Source: Minisyncoccia bacterium (GTDB lineage: Bacteria > Patescibacteriota > Minisyncoccia > Phycocordibacterales > Zambryskibacteraceae). From it: DNA of 64,000 bases. Each line of letters begins with the position of its first letter. Position 1 is the first letter of the stretch. Of the stretch, positions 10,034-19,560 are shown one piece after another. Position numbers and translations under genes: made by a program. The DNA lies in NCBI GenBank assembly GCA_049304015.1, contig JBAQNS010000016.1, positions 143 through 64,142 of the forward strand, read 5' to 3'. The notes under the pieces are model-generated. The model was given only the letters and a program-made list of their open reading frames with translations. It made no database searches and was not told the origin of the DNA.

Positions 10034-10119
10034 TGCCCGGGTGGTGGAATGGTATACACGGAGGACTTAAAATCCTCTGGTCGCAAGACCTTGTGGGTTC
10101 GAGTCCCACCCCGGGCACC
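10034..10119 (+). tRNA. tRNA-Leu (anticodon TAA), type II, CCA encoded
   Basis: GCCCGGG acceptor, anticodon stem-loop GAGGA CTTAAAA TCCTC, long variable arm, T-arm GGGTTCGAGTCCC. Confidence 0.8.
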
Positions 10120-10121
10120 AA

Positions 10122-10192
10122 AGCGAGGTTAGTTTAGTGGTAGAACTGGTGCTTCCCAAGCATCGGGCGCGAGTTCGATTCTCGCACCTCGC
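10122..10192 (+). tRNA. tRNA-Gly (anticodon CCC)
   Basis: GCGAGGT/ACCTCGC acceptor, anticodon loop TTCCCAA, T-arm GCGAGTTCGATTCTCGC. Confidence 0.8.
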
Positions 10193-10301
10193 ACCTTAGA
10201 ATCGAACTGGGAAGGGGTCGGGAAACGGGAGTTTCCCGTAGAGGAAGGTTGGGAAAACCGTTGGTTTCCCAGATGTGAGATATCTCGCACCTCGCACAAA
10301 G

Positions 10302-10631
10302 CTATAAAGTTTCGTTTGTTATCTCGTCCAATCTTTGTCTATTTCTTTCTCCGTAGTCGATTCTCCAAGTGAAGTGGGGGACAATGCCAATTTTGGATTT
10401 GTTCCTAATATATTCATTTAGTTCCCCACCCTTACGAATTAGAAATTTCAAAGCAGTGTCCTCTTCTTTTTCTGGTAGGGTGGTAAAGAAAAAATTTGCA
10501 GATTTTCCTGATTCGTTGAGTTCTACGCGAGTGACAGTGATGAGGGAAGATGGGGTTGATTCTCTAAGCACAAAATCAGCCGCAAGCTTGTGGAGAATTT
10601 CTGCTGTTCTTTCTTTTTTAACTGGTTTCAT
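10302..10631 (-). CDS. rbfA: Ribosome-binding factor A
   Basis: 109 aa with an RbfA-like KH fold sequence. Lies immediately downstream of infB, the canonical order. Confidence 0.7.
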   Translation of the reverse strand: MKPVKKERTAEILHKLAADFVLRESTPSSLITVTRVELNESGKSANFFFTTLPEKEEDTALKFLIRKGGELNEYIRNKSKIGIVPHFTWRIDYGERNRQRLDEITNETL

Positions 10632-12136
10632 TATTTTGTAACTTTAATTATAGATTCAAGGATGTCTCCAGGGGCAATTTCAATCTTTGATTCAATGAGT
10701 GAACCGAACTCTGTGCCTTCATTTACTCTCTCTGTGGCTACTTTGGATTGCTGCAGCTCTTTAACCTTACCTCGACCAATTTCTGCTTCTCGTCGAATGA
10801 TTCTTATTTGTGAACCGAGGTCAATAACTCCTGTTTGAACCCTGGCACCCAAAACTTGTTTGTCTTTGTTTAAACTAAAGATACGAAGCACTTTTGCTTG
10901 TCCGGACACTTCTTCGACTTCAATGTGAGGCTCTCTCTCTTCGAGTAATTCTTCTATTCGCTCAGTTAGTTTATAAATAATATCAAAGCTTTCTATTTTA
11001 ATGAGAGATCTTTCAGCCAGTGGTCCTGCCTGAGGGTCAATTTTGGTGTTAAACGAAAAGATAATAGTGCCAGGGGTGGCGAGTGCGCTCTTCACATCAT
11101 TTTCACTCACGGTACCTATCCCAGAGAGGATTATCTGTGGTTGAATTCTTTCTCTACAAAGTTTTCCTATTTCATAAACTAATGCCTCAAGGCTCCCAGC
11201 AGTGTCGGCTTTAATAATAATAGGCAACACATTCATATCTTCAGGAATAACTATATTTTGTTTTTTGCTGCAGCATTTTATCTTTTCACTATCTGCATAA
11301 AATTGAGCCTGTTTTTTGTCCTCAAATAATTCAAACACTGCTCCTACTGGAGGAGGATTATCCCAACCGACTATTTGGACAGGACTAGAAAAGGTCGCTT
11401 CATCAATCTGTTTGTCATGAAGGTCGAGGATATATCGAAGTGGGGCGATGCATCCAGTAGAAGCCACAAACATACCTTTTTTCATCGTGCCATCTTTGAT
11501 GATACCAACAGCACTAACTCCCTTTTTGGGATCAAGTTTGGATTCAATGATTATACCCGTGCCCCATCTGCCTTTGTCTCCAGAAAATCCTTCGAGTTCT
11601 GCTATGAGGAAAATCATCTCCAGTAGGTCATTTATGCCAGCACCAGATTTAGAAGATATTTCAGCTACAGGAACATTACCACCATAACCTTCGACGAAAA
11701 TGTCGTTCTCAGCGAGGCTTTGTTTGGCGCGTTCAATGTTGGCACTTGGTTTGTCTATCTTGGTGATAGCAACAATAAATTGAATTGCAGCCCCTTTTAT
11801 CATTTTATAAGATTCAATAGTTTGAGGTTTGACCCCATCTTCTGCAGATACGATGAGGATTGCTATGTCGGCTACAGAAGCACCGCGAGTGCGGATGCCT
11901 TGAAAGGCTTCGTGTCCAGGTGTATCAAGAAAAGTGATTTTTCCCACCGAGCCGTCAAGCTTCACGTGTTCTATCTCATACGCACTGACATGTTGAGTGA
12001 TACCGCCCGCTTCACCTTCGACAATATTTGATTTTCTAATGTAGTCCAAAAGAGTCGATTTGCCATGATCGATGTGGCCCATGACTGCGACTACAGGAGG
12101 GCGAGATTCTTTGGTTTTTGTGTTTAGAAGTCCCAT
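10631..12136 (-). CDS. infB: Translation initiation factor IF-2 (short form lacking the N-terminal extension)
   Basis: G-domain GHIDHGKST, DTPGHE, NKID, followed by beta-barrel and C-terminal domains. 501 aa. Confidence 0.85.
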   Translation of the reverse strand: MGLLNTKTKESRPPVVAVMGHIDHGKSTLLDYIRKSNIVEGEAGGITQHVSAYEIEHVKLDGSVGKITFLDTPGHEAFQGIRTRGASVADIAILIVSAEDGVKPQTIESYKMIKGAAIQFIVAITKIDKPSANIERAKQSLAENDIFVEGYGGNVPVAEISSKSGAGINDLLEMIFLIAELEGFSGDKGRWGTGIIIESKLDPKKGVSAVGIIKDGTMKKGMFVASTGCIAPLRYILDLHDKQIDEATFSSPVQIVGWDNPPPVGAVFELFEDKKQAQFYADSEKIKCCSKKQNIVIPEDMNVLPIIIKADTAGSLEALVYEIGKLCRERIQPQIILSGIGTVSENDVKSALATPGTIIFSFNTKIDPQAGPLAERSLIKIESFDIIYKLTERIEELLEEREPHIEVEEVSGQAKVLRIFSLNKDKQVLGARVQTGVIDLGSQIRIIRREAEIGRGKVKELQQSKVATERVNEGTEFGSLIESKIEIAPGDILESIIKVTK

Positions 12137-12195
12137 AAGAGCCTTAGATTATCATATTGTTGTCCTAAAAACACGGACTGTATTAGAATGGCAAT

Positions 12196-13368
12196 ATGAG
12201 TTTGTTTAAACCAAAAAGAGTTTATATGGATTATGCGTCGACGACTCCAGTTTTGCCTGTGGTAAAAAAGGCTATGGACAAGTATTTGTCACAGGATTTT
12301 TATAACCCTTCAGCTATTTATGAAGAAGGAAATAAGGTCAAAGCAGAACTTGATCGGATGCGCACGTCTGTCGCAAGGTTAGTAGGAGTAAAAAGCAAAG
12401 ATATTTACTTCACTGGGAGTGGGACGGAGTCTATTAACCTTGCAGTCTTAGGAGTTTTTGAAAAGGCTAAAGAGAAAATTGCAAGGCCACATATTATTAT
12501 CTCTGCTATAGAGCATCCTGCAGTTAAGGAATCTGTGAAGGAAATAGTTAGACGAGGAGGAGAGGTGACAATTGTTTTTGTAGATGAAGAAGGACGAGTG
12601 TCATCTCAAGAAATTTTATCTTCTATAAAACCAAATACCGTACTTGTCTCTATAATGCTTGCGAATAATGAGATAGGAACCATAGAGCCTATAAGCAAAA
12701 TCAGTAGGTTAGTGGCTGAATATAAGAAGAAAAATGACACTATCTATCCGTTTGTGCATACGGATGCAAGCCAGGCGGCAAATTATATAAAAATATATGC
12801 TCCATCACTCGGGGCAGATATGATTACCATAGATGGTTCAAAGATTTATGGCCCAAAAGGGGTTGGAGTTTTGGTAGTGAAGTCTAATGTTTTAATTAAC
12901 CCAATTATTTTTGGTGGAGGACAGGAAAGAGGTCTTCGTTCGGGGACAGAAAATGTGGCTCAGATTGTCGGCTTCACAAAAGCTTTTGAAATGGCAGATA
13001 AAGACAGAGAAGATGAGTCTAAGAGACTAGAAATTATAAAAACTAAATTTATAAATGACCTAAAGAAATATTTACCAGAAATTATTATTAATACTCCAGC
13101 AAAGGATAGCTTACCTAATATAGTCAGTGTCTCTAAAAGTGGTATGCTCGCAGAATTAGTAGCCATAAAGATGGATTTAAAGGGCTTTCTTGTTTCAACA
13201 GGCAGTGCTTGTGGGTCGAACAAAGGCGCTTCAGGAACAGAGACTCTTGTGGGTATGGGCAAAGGGGAATTAAAGGAGTCTACGATTAGATTTTCTTTTG
13301 GGAGAGGGACAAAAATGAGTGATGTAGACAGAGCTTCAAGAGTTTTTGTTCAAATAATGCAGGGATAA
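12196..13368 (+). CDS. Cysteine desulfurase (class V aminotransferase, IscS/NifS-like)
   Basis: PLP-lysine motif region SGSKIYGPKGVGVL, class V fold. 390 aa. Confidence 0.75.
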   Translation: MSLFKPKRVYMDYASTTPVLPVVKKAMDKYLSQDFYNPSAIYEEGNKVKAELDRMRTSVARLVGVKSKDIYFTGSGTESINLAVLGVFEKAKEKIARPHIIISAIEHPAVKESVKEIVRRGGEVTIVFVDEEGRVSSQEILSSIKPNTVLVSIMLANNEIGTIEPISKISRLVAEYKKKNDTIYPFVHTDASQAANYIKIYAPSLGADMITIDGSKIYGPKGVGVLVVKSNVLINPIIFGGGQERGLRSGTENVAQIVGFTKAFEMADKDREDESKRLEIIKTKFINDLKKYLPEIIINTPAKDSLPNIVSVSKSGMLAELVAIKMDLKGFLVSTGSACGSNKGASGTETLVGMGKGELKESTIRFSFGRGTKMSDVDRASRVFVQIMQG

Positions 13369-13386
13369 ATCCACTATGTTATAATC

Positions 13387-14220
13387 GTGCGCATGACAAC
13401 AATGGAAGATTTGACCAAAACACAGATCATCCTTCTAACCCTCCTTGTGAGCTTTGTAACTTCTATTGCCACAGGGATTATTACTGCTTCCTTGCTCGCT
13501 GAGGCACCATTGAGTGTGACCCAGACTATCAATAGAGTTGTGGAGAGAACTATAGAGAAAGTGAATCCAACCAGCACTAATTCAACATTGAAAGAGGTGA
13601 CAGTGGTCAAAGAAGAAGATTCTATTATGAATTCAATAAATTCTTCGACTCAGTCATTGGTTAGAATCAAGGAGCCAATTGCAGTAGATGGCACGCAGGC
13701 TTTTTATGCCATAGGGGCGATAGTTTCTAAAACAGGTTTAGTTATTTCTGACAAAAGAGGAGTTATTCTCGGAGGGACATACAGTATTACTTTGGCCGAT
13801 GGTTCTATCTTACCAGCTATAGTGGCTTATGTGAGTGACACAGAAAGATTGGCAGTATTTAAAATTGTTCTAGATACTAATCATCAAAATGGATTAACCC
13901 CAATCAGTTTTTCTTCTAAGGAATTGCAACTCGGACAGAGTGTTATCGCTATGGAGGGTAGAGAAAAGAATGTTGTTGGTATAGGCCGAGTCACTGGCTT
14001 GAATACCCGAACTGAGAAAAATTCAAAGGGGGTGGATGTCACTGTACCTTATTCAGTTGAGACAGATATAGATCCAACAAACGAGATTCAAGGCAGTCTC
14101 TTGCTGAATTTATCTGGTGAATTAGTAGGTATCAAAACTTCGAATGATGATCTGATTGTGCCTGCTCGTGTTTATACAGCCATCTCACCAATCAGACAGG
14201 CTATAGAAAAGACGAAATAA
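13387..14220 (+). CDS. Membrane-anchored trypsin-like (HtrA/S1C-like) domain protein, possibly degenerate
   Basis: N-terminal TM helix. Region LLNLSGELVG resembles the GNSGGPL serine motif. His and Asp positions are not confidently placed. Confidence 0.35.
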   Translation: MRMTTMEDLTKTQIILLTLLVSFVTSIATGIITASLLAEAPLSVTQTINRVVERTIEKVNPTSTNSTLKEVTVVKEEDSIMNSINSSTQSLVRIKEPIAVDGTQAFYAIGAIVSKTGLVISDKRGVILGGTYSITLADGSILPAIVAYVSDTERLAVFKIVLDTNHQNGLTPISFSSKELQLGQSVIAMEGREKNVVGIGRVTGLNTRTEKNSKGVDVTVPYSVETDIDPTNEIQGSLLLNLSGELVGIKTSNDDLIVPARVYTAISPIRQAIEKTK

Positions 14221-14243
14221 TTTTGTTAGTTTAATAGAAAAAT

Positions 14244-16925
14244 ATGCCTCCATCATTTAATCATTTTACGACTAAAGCTAAGGAAGCCATCCGTAAGGCT
14301 CATGAGATTGCTATTGAACGTGGCCAAAATCATGTGAATCCGATGCACCTTTTGGCAGCACTCGTTATCCAAGATGAAAGTATGGTTGTTTCTATTTTGG
14401 ATAAGATGGAAGTGGATACTATTTTACTTACGGATTCTGTACTTGAAGCAATAGAGAGTCCTGAAGCAGTGCAAATGCTTTCTCCTTCGTATCAGATCTA
14501 TTTAACACCAGAGCTTGCTCATACAATCGAATCGAGTGCCAAGGTTGCTGAATCTCTAGGAGACGAATTTATTTCTACAGAACATTTGTTTCTTTCTGTT
14601 TTAGATGTCCCTGGGGATGCGCGTGAACTTTTGCAAAAATTTAAAATTGATCATGAGAAAGTAGTCAGAGTTATAGAAGAAATAAGAAAATCGAGTGTCA
14701 GTGAGCCAAAAACAGAAAAGAAATTTAAATCTTTGCTCAAATATACCCGCTCACTAACTAAACTAGCCAAAGAAAATAAACTTGATCCAGTCATCGGACG
14801 AGACGAAGAGATTTCAAGGATGATACAAATACTCTCTCGTCGTACAAAGAATAATCCAATCCTTATTGGAGAAGCCGGTGTGGGTAAGACGGCTATTGCT
14901 GAGGGTTTGGCTATCCGTATGGCTAACGGCAACGTACCCGAATCACTCCGAGATAAGGAACTTGTTTCTCTTGACCTCGGACTATTAATCGCAGGAACAA
15001 AGTATCGTGGAGAATTTGAAGAGAGATTAAAAAATATAATAAAGGAAATAGAAAAATCAGAAGGCAAAATCATTCTCTTCATTGATGAGATACACACTAT
15101 TGTTGGCGCCGGAGCTTCGGAGGGAGCGATGGATGCATCAAATATGCTGAAACCTCCACTTGCACGTGGAGATCTTCGAGCCATAGGAGCCACCACTCTT
15201 CGTGAATATCAAAAGCACATAGAGAAGGATCCAGCACTCACCAGAAGGTTTCAACCTATCAATGTGAATGAACCAAGTATTGAGGATACTATGACAATCC
15301 TAAGAGGGCTAAAAGAACGCTATGAGCTTTATCATGGTGTCAGAATCACAGATGATGCTATTCGTGCAGCAGTGAACCTCTCGGCGCGTTATATCACTGA
15401 TAGGTTTCTCCCAGACAAAGCTGTCGACCTCATAGATGAAGCTTCTTCTTATCTAAAGATTTCTTTGGAGAATATGCCACCAGAGCTTCAAAACGCGCAT
15501 TCAAAAATTATGAAGCTTGAGATAGAGAAGGAAGCTCTAAAGAAAGAATCAAAAAACATTAAGGCCAAAGCTCGTATAAAGGAAATTGAAAAGGAGATTG
15601 CAGATTATAAGGAGAAGACTTCAGAGCTCGAACTCAAATGGAAGAATGAGAAGGAAACTGTGGCAGATATAAAAGACATTAAGAAAAATTTAGAAACATT
15701 TAGACTTGAAGCCGAAGCTGCTGAAGCTCGCTCGGACCTCTCAAGAGCTGCAGAACTCAGATATGGGAAGATCCCATCACTTGAGAGAGATTTGGATACA
15801 AAATCAAAGAGACTAAAAAAACTCCAGAGTTCAAGAAGAATATTAAAGGAAGAAATCACTGAATCAGACATTGCAGATATTGTGTCCAAGTGGACTGGTG
15901 TCCCTGTGTCCAGAATGCTCGAGGCTGAAGCAGAGAAACTTGTTCGGATGGAAGAATTTCTCCGCAGTAGAATTGTTGGTCAAGAAGAAGCGGTTAAAAA
16001 AATCGCTGATACAATTAAGCGTTCTAGAGCTGGGATTTCTGATCCAAACAAACCGATTGGTTCGTTTATGTTCATGGGTCCAACTGGAGTAGGGAAAACA
16101 GAACTCACCAAAGCTCTGGCTGAATTTATGTTTGATGATGAGAAGGCGCTCATCCGAGTGGATATGAGCGAATTTATGGAGAAACATTCAGTTTCTAAAC
16201 TTATTGGAGCACCTCCTGGCTACGTTGGTTATGATGAAGGTACACCGTTTACTGAAACTGTTCGTCACCGACCATATTCAGTCATTCTCTTTGATGAGAT
16301 AGAAAAGGCGCATCCAGAAGTCTTTAATATTCTCCTCCAAGTGCTCGACAACGGGCGACTCACGGATACTAAAGGCAGATTAGTAAATTTTAAGAACACC
16401 GTCATCATCCTTACCTCAAATGTAGGAGCGGAATATATAGACAAGATGCAAACTATTGGATTCTCCAAAGGTGAAGTAGGAGAAGACTATCAAAACATCA
16501 AGGAAAAACTTATGGGTGCTTTGAAAAATCAATTTAGACCAGAATTCTTGAATAGATTGGACGACATCATTGTCTTCGATGTACTTTCGAAGGAGACAAT
16601 TAAATCTATTGTGGGTATACAGATAGAAGTGATTAAAAAACGCTTGGCCGAAAAGGAAATTGAACTAATTATCGCGGATGATGTTTATTCACTCCTTGCA
16701 GAAGAAGGCTATAACCCAGAATACGGAGCTAGACCTCTAAAGAGATTGATTCAAAATAAAATCCTTAACCCTGTGGCAACGATGATGATAAGTAATAAAG
16801 TATTGACTGGGGGCACAGTGATGGTAACTCGCAAGGGAAGTGAATTAGAATTCGAAGTAGTAAAGGGTAAAAGGTCGGGGAGTGTTGGAATTTCCTCACG
16901 TAAACATAATAAGACCTCCAAGTAA
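14244..16925 (+). CDS. clpB: Chaperone ClpB (two AAA+ modules with long coiled-coil M-domain)
   Basis: Clp N-domain, Walker [10 protein letters not shown] and GPTGVGKTE, about 120-aa coiled-coil insert in NBD1. 893 aa. Confidence 0.85.
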   Translation: MPPSFNHFTTKAKEAIRKAHEIAIERGQNHVNPMHLLAALVIQDESMVVSILDKMEVDTILLTDSVLEAIESPEAVQMLSPSYQIYLTPELAHTIESSAKVAESLGDEFISTEHLFLSVLDVPGDARELLQKFKIDHEKVVRVIEEIRKSSVSEPKTEKKFKSLLKYTRSLTKLAKENKLDPVIGRDEEISRMIQILSRRTKNNPILIGEAGVGKTAIAEGLAIRMANGNVPESLRDKELVSLDLGLLIAGTKYRGEFEERLKNIIKEIEKSEGKIILFIDEIHTIVGAGASEGAMDASNMLKPPLARGDLRAIGATTLREYQKHIEKDPALTRRFQPINVNEPSIEDTMTILRGLKERYELYHGVRITDDAIRAAVNLSARYITDRFLPDKAVDLIDEASSYLKISLENMPPELQNAHSKIMKLEIEKEALKKESKNIKAKARIKEIEKEIADYKEKTSELELKWKNEKETVADIKDIKKNLETFRLEAEAAEARSDLSRAAELRYGKIPSLERDLDTKSKRLKKLQSSRRILKEEITESDIADIVSKWTGVPVSRMLEAEAEKLVRMEEFLRSRIVGQEEAVKKIADTIKRSRAGISDPNKPIGSFMFMGPTGVGKTELTKALAEFMFDDEKALIRVDMSEFMEKHSVSKLIGAPPGYVGYDEGTPFTETVRHRPYSVILFDEIEKAHPEVFNILLQVLDNGRLTDTKGRLVNFKNTVIILTSNVGAEYIDKMQTIGFSKGEVGEDYQNIKEKLMGALKNQFRPEFLNRLDDIIVFDVLSKETIKSIVGIQIEVIKKRLAEKEIELIIADDVYSLLAEEGYNPEYGARPLKRLIQNKILNPVATMMISNKVLTGGTVMVTRKGSELEFEVVKGKRSGSVGISSRKHNKTSK

Positions 16926-16988
16926 AGTTGAACTCAAGAGTCTCGTTTGTTAGAAATAATGTAGACTCGTTCTACGGAGGGAATAGCT

Positions 16989-17243
16989 ATGCAACGAATT
17001 TGTGTTTTCGGACCACGAGTGGTCTATGATGAAGTCGAAGGTGTGAAGCATATCATCACCAGAGCAGAAACTTGGGCCAACTTCCTCTTGGATGTCCCGA
17101 GAGTTGGACCTTGCAGACACTTCGTCGGTCACCCTTCGGAGAGCGGTGACAGCAAGCGCATCAATGGGAAACACTTGAAGGGATACACGTTCGTCGAAGC
17201 GTGCAAGCGCGTCGAACTGGAGCTTGCTCCAAAAACTGGGTAG
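16989..17243 (+). CDS. Hypothetical protein (mid-GC orphan)
   Basis: 84 aa at about 50% GC versus the low-GC backbone. Followed by its own hairpin plus T-run at 17225-17252. Confidence 0.3.
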   Translation: MQRICVFGPRVVYDEVEGVKHIITRAETWANFLLDVPRVGPCRHFVGHPSESGDSKRINGKHLKGYTFVEACKRVELELAPKTG

Positions 17244-17254
17244 AACCCCAGTTT

Positions 17255-17527
17255 TTATTTATAAAATTTCTTCGCGTAAACGAGGTAGAGAACCAAGATT
17301 ATATTGAATGAATAGTTTAGATAAATAGGGTAGTGTGCGGTTTGGGTTAGATAGTCATCTATTAGGATATAAAACATAGAAAAAAGCTCTCCTCCTATCC
17401 AGAGCAGTAGAAAAAGCATTGAAAGGTCGTGAGCACTTTTTGACTGCCAAGTTTTCATCACTTGTGGGACAGCACAAATGGCAAATAAAAAAGCACCTAC
17501 CCACCCAAAAAAGTTGTGGTACAACAT
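17255..17527 (-). CDS. SemiSWEET / PQ-loop family small transporter
   Basis: About 90 aa with 3 predicted TM helices and a PQ motif (AVPQVMKTW) in TM1. The longer ORF-track N-terminus is read-through of tRNA-Tyr. The start ATG at 17527 sits one base after the tRNA CCA end. Confidence 0.55.
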   Translation of the reverse strand: MLYHNFFGWVGAFLFAICAVPQVMKTWQSKSAHDLSMLFLLLWIGGELFSMFYILIDDYLTQTAHYPIYLNYSFNIILVLYLVYAKKFYK

Positions 17528-17528
17528 A

Positions 17529-17614
17529 TGGTGCGCCGGGAAGGATTCGAACCTTCGAAGCCCGAAGGCGCCAGATTTACAGTCTAGTGCGATTGACCAC
17601 TCCGCCACCGACGC
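17529..17614 (-). tRNA. tRNA-Tyr (anticodon GTA), type II, CCA encoded
   Basis: Reverse complement has GCGTCGG acceptor, anticodon loop CTGTAAA, long variable arm, T-arm GGTTCGAATCC. Confidence 0.75.
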
Positions 17615-17682
17615 ATACGGGCTATAATAAAGCATTTTAAGAGGACTTGCAAAATCTATAAAATCGGGTAATCTATAACCCT

Positions 17683-17856
17683 ATGTCACAAGACCATCTA
17701 ATAAAGCTCGTCTCTGTAGGAGACAAAGGCGGAGTAGGCAAGGGCCATACTTATTATTCGACCAAGAACAGAAAGTCAGTTGAACGCAAGATTGAAGTGA
17801 AAAAATACAATCCAATAGCCAAAAAGCATACGATTTATAAAGAGAAGAAAGCCTAA
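17683..17856 (+). CDS. rpmG: 50S ribosomal protein L33 (C-minus form lacking the Cys4 zinc ribbon)
   Basis: 57 aa MSQDHLIKLVSVGDKGG..YYSTKNRKSVERKIEVKKYNPIAKKHTIYKEKK matches L33. Below the ORF-track size cutoff. Terminator hairpin follows at 17859-17885. Confidence 0.65.
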   Translation: MSQDHLIKLVSVGDKGGVGKGHTYYSTKNRKSVERKIEVKKYNPIAKKHTIYKEKKA

Positions 17857-17901
17857 ATAAAACTCGCCGAATGGCGGGTTTTTTGTTAGGATAACTCCAC
17901 T

Positions 17902-17972
17902 GGGCGATTAGTTTAATGGTAGAACAGCGCTCTCCAAAAGCACTGGTGAGGGTTCGATTCCTTCATCGCCCG
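17902..17972 (+). tRNA. tRNA-Trp (anticodon CCA)
   Basis: GGGCGAT/ATCGCCC acceptor, anticodon loop CTCCAAA, T-arm GAGGGTTCGATTCCTTC. Confidence 0.7.
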
Positions 17973-17974
17973 CA

Positions 17975-18574
17975 ATGATAAACCCCTTTAATATCACTGA
18001 AGTTTTGGCTCTGTATGGATACATAGGAGTATTCGTGATTGTTTTCTTGGAGTCAGGGATATTCTTCCCACTGCCTGGAGACAGCCTCCTCTTCACCGCA
18101 GGCATCTTGGCTTCTGGGCTTGGGTTAAATTTAGGTTTTCTTATACCTCTTATTTTTATAGCCACACTCTTTGGAGGCATAGTTGGATATTATTTAGGCA
18201 CTCAAATAGAGAAACTTCATAAATATTCTTTCTTTAGAAAAATTTTAAGTCAGGAACATATAAATACAGCTCATAAATTCTTTGAGAAGTATGGGCGATT
18301 TGCTGTGGTTTTCTCTCGCTTTGTACCTTTGGTCAGAACTTTTGTACCTATTGTGGCTGGTATTGCGCGTATGGATTATAAAACCTTTTTGAAATACAGC
18401 ATTATAAGTTCTTTGCTTTGGTCGACTATTGTCACCTTGGTTGGATTTTTCTTAGGCAGAACTTTCCCTTGGGTGAAAGATTATCTTTCTTATCTAGTTA
18501 TCCTCATTATTTTCCTATCAATCGTTCCAGGTATTTATGAATGGGTCCGAACTCGACAGAAGAAAACCACTTAA
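17975..18574 (+). CDS. DedA-family membrane protein
   Basis: 199 aa, multi-pass, with a DedA/SNARE-associated signature (F..PG...L.AG, VPLVRTFVPIVAG). Confidence 0.65.
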   Translation: MINPFNITEVLALYGYIGVFVIVFLESGIFFPLPGDSLLFTAGILASGLGLNLGFLIPLIFIATLFGGIVGYYLGTQIEKLHKYSFFRKILSQEHINTAHKFFEKYGRFAVVFSRFVPLVRTFVPIVAGIARMDYKTFLKYSIISSLLWSTIVTLVGFFLGRTFPWVKDYLSYLVILIIFLSIVPGIYEWVRTRQKKTT

Positions 18575-19430
18575 TCTTTTTGTTTGCTTTAAACCAAGTC
18601 AGCTGACGTTTGGAATAATGCCTTATCTCTTTATATAGTTCTTCTATAAATTCTTTCTTAGCCTCGCCCGTGGCCAGTCTATGGCCGAGGGTAAGTTTGT
18701 TTTGTAGTAGGCGAGCGAGGTATCTATACTCTAGGCCTAATTCTTCCATGCGTTTATAAGTTAATCCGTCTCTATGGAGTTTCTTGGCTTCTTTTATCAT
18801 CCCTAGAAGGCGAGCGAGCAGTCTCTTATAAATGAGTTTTTCTAATACTTCTTTCTCTGGATTTACCCCTACATAAATATAATCATATTTGAGCAACATC
18901 CGATGTTGCTCACTTGGGACTTTGCCTAGTGCCTCAATAATTTCAAGGGCTCTGATTAGACGTACTTTATTTTTTGAATCAATGTTTTTAGCTCTCTCTT
19001 GATCTTTCTTTTGCAAAATTTTATAGAGAGCCTCTGTTGTTTTTGCTTCTAGTGTTTTTCTTAATTTAGGATTTGGAGGCACTTCTGGTAAAACCATTTT
19101 GCTAGTGAGGGTGTCTATATAAAATCCTGTGCCACCAACAATGATTGGTAATTTATTTTTCTTTATTATTTGTTCAATTGCTTTGTCACCAAGTTTTTTA
19201 TAATCTGATGCACTGAATCTTATCTTTGGACTGGCTACATCTAAGAGGTGATGAGGGACACCTTGCATTTCCTTTTTGGTCACTTTACCCGAGCCAATAT
19301 CCAAGCCTTTATAAACTTGCCTCGAATCAGCAGAAACAATCTCCCCATTGAACTCCTTGGAGAGCTTTACCCCCAGGCCACTTTTACCTGAGGCAGTTGG
19401 ACCCACTATTACTAAAACCTTCTTTTTCAT
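18507..19430 (-). CDS. miaA: tRNA dimethylallyltransferase
   Basis: Starts MKKKVLVIVGPTASGKS (P-loop), then DSRQVYKGLDIGSGK. The ORF-track N-terminal extension is read-through of tRNA-Leu. Confidence 0.8.
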   Translation of the reverse strand: MKKKVLVIVGPTASGKSGLGVKLSKEFNGEIVSADSRQVYKGLDIGSGKVTKKEMQGVPHHLLDVASPKIRFSASDYKKLGDKAIEQIIKKNKLPIIVGGTGFYIDTLTSKMVLPEVPPNPKLRKTLEAKTTEALYKILQKKDQERAKNIDSKNKVRLIRALEIIEALGKVPSEQHRMLLKYDYIYVGVNPEKEVLEKLIYKRLLARLLGMIKEAKKLHRDGLTYKRMEELGLEYRYLARLLQNKLTLGHRLATGEAKKEFIEELYKEIRHYSKRQLTWFKANKKIKWFSSVEFGPIHKYLERLIGK

Positions 19431-19432
19431 TG

Positions 19433-19513
19433 TGCCGGGAAGAGGACTCGAACCTCCACCCCTTGCGAGACACGATTTTGAGTCGTGCGCGTCTACCATT
19501 CCGCCATCCCGGC
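19433..19513 (-). tRNA. tRNA-Leu (anticodon CAA), type II
   Basis: Reverse complement has GCCGGGA acceptor, anticodon stem-loop CACGA CTCAAAA TCGTG, long variable arm, T-arm GGTTCGAGTCC. Confidence 0.75.
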
Positions 19514-19560
19514 ATAACTTACCCATACAACTTACAATAAACTCGTGCTAAAATCTACTT

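Noticed and set aside
9615-10070. 151-aa plus-strand ORF spanning the tRNA cluster
   Set aside because: It overlaps four confidently folded tRNA genes and the translation is low-complexity, so it is a spurious ORF.
12196-13368. Calling the cysteine desulfurase specifically iscS or sufS, with an operon
   Set aside because: No iscU/sufBCD partners are adjacent, so only the family-level call is supported.
17530-17635. N-terminal extension of the 17255..17635 minus ORF
   Set aside because: This part of the ORF is the translation of tRNA-Tyr. The real CDS starts at the ATG at 17527.
19431-19526. N-terminal extension of the miaA ORF (MGKLCRDGG...)
   Set aside because: It reads through tRNA-Leu(CAA). 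The true start is MKKKVLVIVGPTASGKS, which contains the P-loop.
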